Both the position numbers and the translations under genes were made by a program. From positions 9,728 through 73,727 of the forward strand of contig JAFRXG010000033.1 of assembly GCA_017441565.1 (NCBI GenBank): a stretch of DNA of 64,000 nucleotides. Reading direction: 5' to 3'. Below are positions 56,950-64,000 of this stretch, piece by piece. Source of the stretch: Bacteroidales bacterium. GTDB taxonomy: Bacteria > Bacteroidota > Bacteroidia > Bacteroidales > P3. Positions within the stretch are counted from its first letter, which is position 1. Every line of letters begins with the position of its first letter. The notes under the pieces are model-generated. The model did no database searches, was not told where the DNA came from, and saw only the letters and a program-made list of their open reading frames with translations.

Positions 56950-57510
56950 TCAGAAACGCAATGTAAGTCCCACACCTGGGGCAATTTGTCCGTGATTGTT
57001 CATCAAAGTAGGCGACATCGACAGAGACAATTCTGTTCCCTTGTTATGCGTTGCATTATATCCTTCGGCTATGCGGGAAATCCTGCCCGCTGCAACCCCT
57101 TTTATAGTATACCCCGTCGGCAAAAGTACACAACTGACACCAGTTATGGCATACCCCAACAATTGCGCCAAATAAGACGTCAAATATTTATCGGGGCTGT
57201 CGTAATAATAATAGCTGTGTATATGCCCTATTAAGAATAAAAAACCTCCGACAGGTAGCCCAACCCATCCAATTGTGGTCAAGGTTTTGCCTTTGGTGTA
57301 AAGCTTGTGATTGTGGCTGTACAAATCAAAATCTCTTTCACCGAGGATTGCTTGCAAGGTTGCATCGTCATATCCGCTCATTGGCCTTACATCTGAAACA
57401 ATTTTACCGCCACGGCGGTATAAGGTTTGAGGGTCGGTGATTTCTTGGGCATTCAGGGTTTGGAACAACATGGCGCAGCATAGTGCCGCAAAGAATAGTA
57501 CACGCTTCAT
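56950..57510 (-). CDS. hypothetical membrane protein with signal peptide
   Basis: Start placed at MKRVLFFAALCCAMLFQTLNAQ (ATG at 57508-57510). The 100-codon upstream extension of the ORF has no protein-like character. Confidence 0.55.
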   Translation of the reverse strand: MKRVLFFAALCCAMLFQTLNAQEITDPQTLYRRGGKIVSDVRPMSGYDDATLQAILGERDFDLYSHNHKLYTKGKTLTTIGWVGLPVGGFLFLIGHIHSYYYYDSPDKYLTSYLAQLLGYAITGVSCVLLPTGYTIKGVAAGRISRIAEGYNATHNKGTELSLSMSPTLMNNHGQIAPGVGLTLRF

Positions 57511-57852
57511 AATGTGTTGTTTATTTGACATTTTCCTGATGCGGTGCCGACATCGGGTGATGCAAAAGAAGCGTGGCACCGTATGCCGCTTCTTCTGGAA
57601 GAGGTCGTGAGAATTACCTTGAACTGAGAAGGTGCAAACAGTCCACGCATAACACGTGAACCGTGACACTTGTCCTTGCAGTTCTTGAAATTTCTCACGT
57701 TTCTTCCAGCTTGGACGAGCATAACGCTTCGCGATTTCCTTTTGAAATCGGATGCAAAAATACACATTTTTTTTGACATAGCATGAAAAGAAATAAAGAG
57801 GACCCTGCACAATAAAATAATAGGAGATGCGTTATAGGTAGAAATAACTACA

Positions 57853-59442
57853 ATGATGGACACAGCAGCAAGACGATACCCTGTTGGGATACAAACCTTT
57901 TCCGAGATACGCAAAGGGAACTACCTATACATTGACAAGACAGACCTTGTGTGGGAGATGGTTCAGACCAAATTCGTCTTTCTCAGCCGCCCGCGCCGTT
58001 TCGGCAAGAGCCTGCTGTCCTCAACTCTGCACTCTTATTTCGACGGGAAGAAGGAACTCTTCGAAGGGCTGAAGATAATGGGGCTGGAAAAGGACTGGGA
58101 GCAGCATCCCGTGATACACATCGACCTGAGCGATGCCAAGAACATGCCGACGACGGAAACATTAAGTGCGACTCTCAAACTCTTGCTGGAGCCTTATGCA
58201 AACTTGTACGGACTGTCTGATACAGAGGTATTTCCTGGGCAGATACTCCGCGGTCTTATCCGCCGTGCCTACGAGAAGACTGGAAAGCAGGTGGTGGTCA
58301 TCATCGACGAGTACGACGCGCCGCTGTTGGACGTGCTGCATGAGGAGGAGCGGCTTCCCGAATTCCGCCGCGTGATGCAGGAATTCTACCAACCGCTCAA
58401 GTCCAGCGAACCCATGATACGGTTTTGTTTCATCACCGGCATCACTAAGTTCAGCCAGCTCAGCATCTTCTCCACCATCAACAACCTCACCAACATCTCC
58501 ATGGATTCCAAGTATGCCGCGCTCTGCGGCATCACCGAGCAGGAGTTCGTCACCGACATGGCTCCCGACATTGCCATGCTGGCCGAGGAATACGAGTGTA
58601 CGCCTGAGGAGATGCATGCCCGGCTGAAGCTACAGTACGACGGCTACCGTTTCGCCGGAAAAGGCCCTGAGGTATACAACCCCTTCAGCCTGTTGAAGTG
58701 CTTCAACCAACGCAATATCGCCAATTACTGGTTTGAAAGCGGCACCCCGTCACACCTTATCCGGCAGATGCAGCACTTCCGCACTGACATCACGAGTCTT
58801 GACGACATGACGGAGCCTGCGTCCTCATTCGACCGCCCCACCGAGGCCCTCGACACCGCCCTGCCACTGCTCTACCAGAGCGGATACATCACCATCAAAG
58901 ACTACGACCGCAACGCCGACCTCTACCGCCTGGGAATCCCCAACAAGGAGGTGCATGTCGGCCTAACCGAAGGTCTGCTGCCCTTATACACAGGTCTGCG
59001 TGCCGGCGACATCCAGAAGGGTTTCGCGGTGAAGCTGTGGCTGGCCCTGCAGAGAGACGACATCGACCTGGCCATGGCCGAGATGAAGGCCTTTTTGGCC
59101 GGCATACCCTATGTGGAGGGGTTCCAAAAGAAGCTCGCCGACGTGAAGAACTACGAAGGCTTCTACGAGTACACTTTCTACCTCATCTTCAGCATGCTCA
59201 ACGTCTATGTCCGCACACAGGTCAAGTGTGCAAAGGGCGCGACCGACGTGGTGGTACAGATGCCCAACACCACCTATGTTCTCGAGCTAAAGACCAACGG
59301 CACCGCACAGGATGCCCTTGAGCAGATTGAACGCAAAGGATATGCCACCCCCTTCCACACCGAAGGACGCAAGGTGGTAAAGGTCGGCATTCAGTTCGAC
59401 CGCGACACCATGACGGTCGGCGAGTATGTAGTGGGAGAGTAG
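57853..59442 (+). CDS. AAA-ATPase-like domain + PD-(D/E)XK nuclease-like domain protein (DUF1703-type)
   Basis: YPVGIQTFSEIRKGNYLYIDKT, RPRRFGKSL (Walker A-like), VVIIDEYD (Walker B) and a C-terminal ...DVVVQMPNTTYVLELK. Confidence 0.75.
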   Translation: MMDTAARRYPVGIQTFSEIRKGNYLYIDKTDLVWEMVQTKFVFLSRPRRFGKSLLSSTLHSYFDGKKELFEGLKIMGLEKDWEQHPVIHIDLSDAKNMPTTETLSATLKLLLEPYANLYGLSDTEVFPGQILRGLIRRAYEKTGKQVVVIIDEYDAPLLDVLHEEERLPEFRRVMQEFYQPLKSSEPMIRFCFITGITKFSQLSIFSTINNLTNISMDSKYAALCGITEQEFVTDMAPDIAMLAEEYECTPEEMHARLKLQYDGYRFAGKGPEVYNPFSLLKCFNQRNIANYWFESGTPSHLIRQMQHFRTDITSLDDMTEPASSFDRPTEALDTALPLLYQSGYITIKDYDRNADLYRLGIPNKEVHVGLTEGLLPLYTGLRAGDIQKGFAVKLWLALQRDDIDLAMAEMKAFLAGIPYVEGFQKKLADVKNYEGFYEYTFYLIFSMLNVYVRTQVKCAKGATDVVVQMPNTTYVLELKTNGTAQDALEQIERKGYATPFHTEGRKVVKVGIQFDRDTMTVGEYVVGE

Positions 59443-59476
59443 ACGTTAGTAATTGCATTTTCAAATACATTGATTT

Positions 59477-61033
59477 ATGAATATCCATATAGTTCAGCAC
59501 GACATCGTTTCCAACAATCCCGAGGAGAACATGCAGTGGATCCTCGAAGCCTTAGACCAACCCGAAAGCCGTGAGTCGCTGCTCACTGTCTTTCCCGCAT
59601 GCACCCTTTGCGGCTACCCACAGTTCGGCTCGGTGGCCTACACCGACATACAGAAGCGGGCACAGGCCTGCCTGCAGGAGCTGATTCAGAAGTCGGAGCA
59701 CCGCGCCTTCCTCATCGGCATGCCGCTCCAGATTCAGGACAAGGGGCTCTGCAACGCCATCGTCTTTGTGCAGAACTGCGCCATCCGCGGCATCATCACC
59801 AAGAAATACCTGGCCCCCGACGAGCAGAAGTATTTCGTCCGCGGCGAAGGGGTGCAGCTCATCCAGTATCAAGAGCAGCAGATAGCCATCGGCTTCTACG
59901 AGGACCTCAAGGAGCTTTCGAAGACGCATATCGACCAGCCCGACATGGTGATTTGCTGCGGCTGCAATGTGTTCGACTACAACAAGCCCTACCGCATCCG
60001 TTACCGCATGCACAAGATAGTGGAGAACCTCAACGCCTCGCTGGTGTTCGTCAACCGCATCGGCGGCGAAGGCAGTTTCCTCTTTGCCGGAGGCAGCATG
60101 GCACTGAACGCCGCAGGGACGGTGCTCTGTCAGTTCCCCTATTTTGAGGCACATGCCCAGAGTGTCGACCTTCAGCTGATGGACGAGTGTGCCGATGAGA
60201 AACCCGAAGCCGTCGAACTGGTGTACAAGGCCTTGGTGATGGGGCTGCGCGACTATTTCCATAAGAACCACATACAGCGTGCCGTACTCGGCCTTTCGGG
60301 CGGTATGGACAGTGCGCTGGTGTGCACCCTGGCTGCCGACGCCATAGGACCCGAGAACGTCCACGGCATCCTCATGCCCTCGCAATACAGCACCGACCAC
60401 AGCGTGAAGGACGCGGTGGATTTGGCCAACAACTTGGGGGTGAGCTACGACATTGTGCCCATCAATCCGATGTTCGACACCTTGCGCGAAAGTATGAAGC
60501 CCGTCTTCGGCGACCGCCCCGAGGATGTGACCGAGGAGAATATGCAGGCCCGCATCCGCGGCACCATCGTGATGAGCTATGCCAACAAGTTCGGTGCCAT
60601 GGCGCTGAACACCACCAACAAGTCGGAAGCCGCCATGGGCTACGGCACCCTCTACGGCGACAGCTGCGGCGGCCTGAGCGTCATCGGCGACCTCTACAAG
60701 ACCGAGGTGTACGAGCTGGGCGAATACATCAACCGCAACGGCATCCGCATCCCCGTGAACACCATACAAAAAGCCCCGTCGGCGGAGCTGCGCCCTGGCC
60801 AGAAGGACACCGACTCGCTGCCCGACTACAGCGTGCTGGACGTCATCCTCAACCTGCACATCGAAGAGCAGATGTGCCAAGAGGAGATAGTGGAAGAGGG
60901 CTACGACGCCGAGCTGGTGGCCATGGTGCTACGCAAGGTCCGCATCAACGAATGGAAGCGGCTGCAGTTTGCCCCGGTGCTGAAAGTGTCGCCTATGAGC
61001 TTCGAATTGGACCGCCGAGTGCCTATCAGCTGA
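59477..61033 (+). CDS. nadE: NAD+ synthase with N-terminal CN-hydrolase-like domain
   Basis: 518 aa with the PP-loop LGLSGGMDSAL and a C-terminal synthetase domain. See the findings for the N-terminal domain. Confidence 0.8.
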   Translation: MNIHIVQHDIVSNNPEENMQWILEALDQPESRESLLTVFPACTLCGYPQFGSVAYTDIQKRAQACLQELIQKSEHRAFLIGMPLQIQDKGLCNAIVFVQNCAIRGIITKKYLAPDEQKYFVRGEGVQLIQYQEQQIAIGFYEDLKELSKTHIDQPDMVICCGCNVFDYNKPYRIRYRMHKIVENLNASLVFVNRIGGEGSFLFAGGSMALNAAGTVLCQFPYFEAHAQSVDLQLMDECADEKPEAVELVYKALVMGLRDYFHKNHIQRAVLGLSGGMDSALVCTLAADAIGPENVHGILMPSQYSTDHSVKDAVDLANNLGVSYDIVPINPMFDTLRESMKPVFGDRPEDVTEENMQARIRGTIVMSYANKFGAMALNTTNKSEAAMGYGTLYGDSCGGLSVIGDLYKTEVYELGEYINRNGIRIPVNTIQKAPSAELRPGQKDTDSLPDYSVLDVILNLHIEEQMCQEEIVEEGYDAELVAMVLRKVRINEWKRLQFAPVLKVSPMSFELDRRVPIS

Positions 61034-61050
61034 ACTAGGGAGGACTATAA

Positions 61051-61088
61051 TTCTAGGCTATTCTAGGCTATCCTAGGCTATCCTAGGA
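61051..61088. repeat. 10-bp tandem repeat t[t/c]ctaggcta, about 3.7 copies
   Basis: ttctaggcta ttctaggcta tcctaggcta tcctagga, located between the nadE stop and the helicase start. Confidence 0.8.
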
Positions 61089-61111
61089 GGGCCTAGAGAA
61101 AATAAACATTC

Positions 61112-63553
61112 ATGACCAGAAACCCTCAAATAGAGCTGGCAGAGCGGTACGTGTACGAAACAGGCATGTCGCTCTTCCTCACCGGCAAAGCCGGCACGGG
61201 GAAGACCACGTTTCTGCGCCATATTGCCGAGCACTGCCCCAAACGCCTGGTGGTGGTGGCACCAACAGGCGTGGCTGCCGTCAACGCCGGAGGGGTGACG
61301 ATACACAGCTTTTTCCAACTGCCTTTCTGCCCCTACTTGCCCGATATTCCAGAGCTGGTGACAGAATACCAACTGCCCGACGGGCAACGGCAGCTGCGCA
61401 AGTCGAAGATAGATATCATCCGCACGCTGGACCTGCTCATCATCGACGAGATAAGCATGGTGCGCGCCGACCTGCTCGACGCCGTTGACGCCACCCTGCG
61501 CCGCTACCGCCGCAGCAGCCGTCCTTTCGGAGGGGTGCAGCTGCTGATGATTGGCGACGCACAGCAGCTGGCCCCCGTGGTCACCGACGAGGAGAAGCCT
61601 TTCATGGACCGCGTCTACCCTTCCCCCTTTTTCTTCCACAGCAAGGCACTGCAACGGCTGCACTACACAACCATCCAGCTCACCACCATCTACCGCCAGC
61701 AGGACAGCCACTTTGTGCAGCTGCTGAACAACATACGCGACAATCACTTCGACCAGGCAACCCTCGACGCCCTCAACACTCGGGTGGGCACACCGGACAA
61801 GGACGGCCTGTCGGAGCCCATCCTGCTCACCACCCACAACTACCAGGCCGACCGTGTGAACAGGCAACGCCTCGAAGCACTGGAGGGCAAGCCGTTCACC
61901 CTCAACGCCGTGGTCGACGGCAATTTCCCCGACAGCTCGGCACCCACCGACAGGACGCTGGTACTGAAACCGGGCGCACAGGTGATGTTCGTAAAGAACG
62001 ACAGCAGCGGTGCCCACCGCTACTACAACGGCAAGATAGGCACCGTGAGGGGGTTGAACAACGAGTACGATGACGATGGCAGCCCACAACAAGTGGTGAT
62101 AGTGGATGACGAGGAGGGCGGCACCATCTCTGTCACCCCCGAAAGATGGGAGAACATACGCTACGAGATTGACCCCAAGGACAACCAAATCAAGCAGACC
62201 GTCGACGGCACCTTTGTGCAATACCCCCTCAAGACCGCTTGGGCCATCACCATCCACAAGGCACAGGGGCTCACCTTCGACCGTGTGCAGGTGGACGCCG
62301 CACATGCCTTCACCTACGGGCAGGTGTATGTGGCCCTCAGCCGCTGCCGCAGCCTCGAAGGGCTGACCCTGCTTTCCCCCATTTCGGCGAACAACATGTT
62401 TGACAGCCAGGACATCACCCATTTCAACAGCACCCTCACCTCCCCTCAACAGGCTGCCGCCGAACTGGACAGCTGCCGCACACAGTACTATTACGACCAG
62501 CTGTTCGAGTTGTTCGACTTCAGCGGCATACAACATGCCGTGGAGGCACTGGACCGTCTGCTGCAAGAGCACTTGCACAACACCTACCCCCAACAGGCCG
62601 CCATGCTCACCGAGCAGGTATGCCCGCTGGTCGGCAACCTCGCTTCCGTGTCGGAACGTTTCCGCCGACAACTCATAGCCATCAGCCAGATGCCCGAGAG
62701 CGACGGCAAGCCCTTGCTGGCCGAACGGATAGAGAAGGCCACCGCCTACTATCTCGAACAGCTTACAACCCTTGGCGACAAGGTGCTGCCGATACTCAAT
62801 TTGGAGACCGACAACAAAGAGGTGGGTAAACGTCTCGCCGACATCGCCGAGCGGTTCCACACCGCTTTCTTCCTCAAAGAGGCCGTGCTGAAACTGGTGC
62901 ATGATAAGGGCTTCGACATTGCGTCATACCAGAAATGCAAGGTGGACTTTGTCCTCGAAAAGCCCAAGAAGAAAAAGAGTATCAGGGTGGAAGAGACCTA
63001 CTCCGACATCAAGCACCCCAAACTCATCAAGATACTCACCAAATGGCGCACCACCCATGCCAAGGAAGATGGACTGCCCGCCTACGTCATCCTCACCCAG
63101 AAGAGCTTGCTTGCCGTTGCCGACCAGCTGCCCCGCGACCGCAAGGCCCTGCTTAAGATACCCGGCATGGGAGCGGCAAAGACGAACCGCTATGGCGCGG
63201 AAATCATTCAGATGGTGGAAGACTACTGCTACGACATGGAGCACCCCAAGGAGCCTGCCTTCCAACAGGCAGCACGCCTCTTTGCCGAGGGCAAGAGCGT
63301 GGAGGACGTGGCGGGAGAGATGCTCAGAGCAGTTTCCACTGTGGAAGGGTATCTGGCAACAGCTGTGGAAAAAGGGATTCTCGCCCCCGACCTAATCATC
63401 AATGCCCAAGAGCAGAACGAGATACTCAGCTACCTGCAGGAACACCCCGAGACGAATGTGCTCAAACCTGTGTATGAGCATTTCGAAGGACGGTATACCT
63501 ATCTCCAACTGCGGATTGCACGCCTCCTCTCGCGCGATATGGAGGCATCATAG
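61112..63553 (+). CDS. PIF1/RecD-like SF1 helicase with C-terminal HRDC-like and HTH regions
   Basis: Walker A LTGKAGTGKTT, LLIIDEISMV, a late motif ITIHKAQGLTFD, and an HRDC-like PAYVILTQKSLLAVADQLP. Confidence 0.8.
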   Translation: MTRNPQIELAERYVYETGMSLFLTGKAGTGKTTFLRHIAEHCPKRLVVVAPTGVAAVNAGGVTIHSFFQLPFCPYLPDIPELVTEYQLPDGQRQLRKSKIDIIRTLDLLIIDEISMVRADLLDAVDATLRRYRRSSRPFGGVQLLMIGDAQQLAPVVTDEEKPFMDRVYPSPFFFHSKALQRLHYTTIQLTTIYRQQDSHFVQLLNNIRDNHFDQATLDALNTRVGTPDKDGLSEPILLTTHNYQADRVNRQRLEALEGKPFTLNAVVDGNFPDSSAPTDRTLVLKPGAQVMFVKNDSSGAHRYYNGKIGTVRGLNNEYDDDGSPQQVVIVDDEEGGTISVTPERWENIRYEIDPKDNQIKQTVDGTFVQYPLKTAWAITIHKAQGLTFDRVQVDAAHAFTYGQVYVALSRCRSLEGLTLLSPISANNMFDSQDITHFNSTLTSPQQAAAELDSCRTQYYYDQLFELFDFSGIQHAVEALDRLLQEHLHNTYPQQAAMLTEQVCPLVGNLASVSERFRRQLIAISQMPESDGKPLLAERIEKATAYYLEQLTTLGDKVLPILNLETDNKEVGKRLADIAERFHTAFFLKEAVLKLVHDKGFDIASYQKCKVDFVLEKPKKKKSIRVEETYSDIKHPKLIKILTKWRTTHAKEDGLPAYVILTQKSLLAVADQLPRDRKALLKIPGMGAAKTNRYGAEIIQMVEDYCYDMEHPKEPAFQQAARLFAEGKSVEDVAGEMLRAVSTVEGYLATAVEKGILAPDLIINAQEQNEILSYLQEHPETNVLKPVYEHFEGRYTYLQLRIARLLSRDMEAS

Positions 63554-64000
63554 TTCTACGGCTTTCAATTCACGTCTGGCTCGCGAAACGGGCATCAGGC
63601 TGAAATGCCACCATTCGGACTTTAGCGTAAGCAGCCCCTGTTGCCTCATCACCCGGCGCAGCAGATGGCGGTTGTCGTACTCCTCCTTGGTTATTATTCC
63701 CTCAGCCAGTAGGCCGTCTTCCCCGTCGATATGGGACTCGGGGCCGAAATGGTCAAAGTCGGAGCCCATGGGCTGCCAGTTGCCCTGACGGTCGACCAGA
63801 GTCACATCCACCGCAGCTCCGAAGTTGTGCATGCCGGGACCTTTCTTGGGATTTGCCACATAGCGGTTCTTGGGCGTACCTGCCACCACATGAAACATCT
63901 TATATTGTACCGACAGGGGACGGACAGCATCGAGGATGAGCAGGTCGAGGTCGGGCCGTTCCTGATGCAAGGCCTGCTGAGCCGCAGCCACCTTCTGCGC
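63548..64000 (-). CDS. D-alanyl-D-alanine dipeptidase (VanX/DdpX, peptidase M15D), 5' end outside the window
   Basis: MHNFGAAVDVTL (HxxGxAxD) and EWWHF. The frame stays open to the window edge. Confidence 0.75.
   Translation of the reverse strand, partial: AQKVAAAQQALHQERPDLDLLILDAVRPLSVQYKMFHVVAGTPKNRYVANPKKGPGMHNFGAAVDVTLVDRQGNWQPMGSDFDHFGPESHIDGEDGLLAEGIITKEEYDNRHLLRRVMRQQGLLTLKSEWWHFSLMPVSRARRELKAVEL

Noticed and set aside
57511-57810. 100-codon N-terminal extension of the ORF 56950..57810.
   Set aside because: The extension is Cys/Arg/Phe-rich and not protein-like. A canonical signal peptide begins at the internal Met at 57510. The region also contains a promoter box and hairpins.
61073-62902. 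609-aa minus-strand ORF antisense to the helicase gene. The same applies to other long shadow ORFs: 10429..11787, 36636..38378, 39734..41107, 59552..60880, 51829..53025, 24796..25644, 26440..27300, 34230..35189 and 13224..14024.
   Set aside because: Each lies entirely inside a well-supported gene on the opposite strand or in another frame. Their composition is not protein-like, being rich in His, Arg, Gly, Val and Leu runs with no motifs. Long shadow ORFs of this kind are expected in GC-rich coding sequence.

Overview
This is a 64-kb segment of a Bacteroidota chromosome, most likely Bacteroidales and Prevotellaceae-like. Supporting signs are TAnnTTTG -7 promoter boxes, no Shine-Dalgarno sequences, type-A and type-B T9SS C-terminal sorting domains, and a type-A RNase P RNA. 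The left third holds a tandemly duplicated two-gene module of unknown function (secreted protein plus T9SS cargo) and a 1770-aa alpha-2-macroglobulin-like protein. It continues with housekeeping genes (gyrB, pepE, nfo, rnpB, trmO) and an ECF sigma pair. It ends with a third, diverged copy of the secreted-protein/T9SS-cargo module in an AT-rich patch, next to a hairpin and 69-bp tandem-repeat region. From about 30.1 to 56.6 kb, all on the minus strand, lies a tightly packed ~26-kb aryl-polyene/flexirubin-type type II PKS lipid-pigment locus. It encodes an ammonia-lyase, three KS plus CLF-like domains, two ACPs, a KR, two DHs, a TE, an O-MT, acyltransferases, a GT2, a LolA-like protein and an MMPL exporter. 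It lacks recognisable dialkylresorcinol genes and carries three unusual gene fusions. It also contains a B12-radical-SAM / 121-aa unknown / secreted hydrolase cassette bracketed by direct copies of a ~150-175-bp composite repeat. The right end holds an AAA-ATPase/PD-(D/E)XK protein, nadE with an apparently degenerate glutaminase domain, a PIF1-like helicase and a partial VanX-like dipeptidase. All product calls come from motif recognition by eye; no database search was run.
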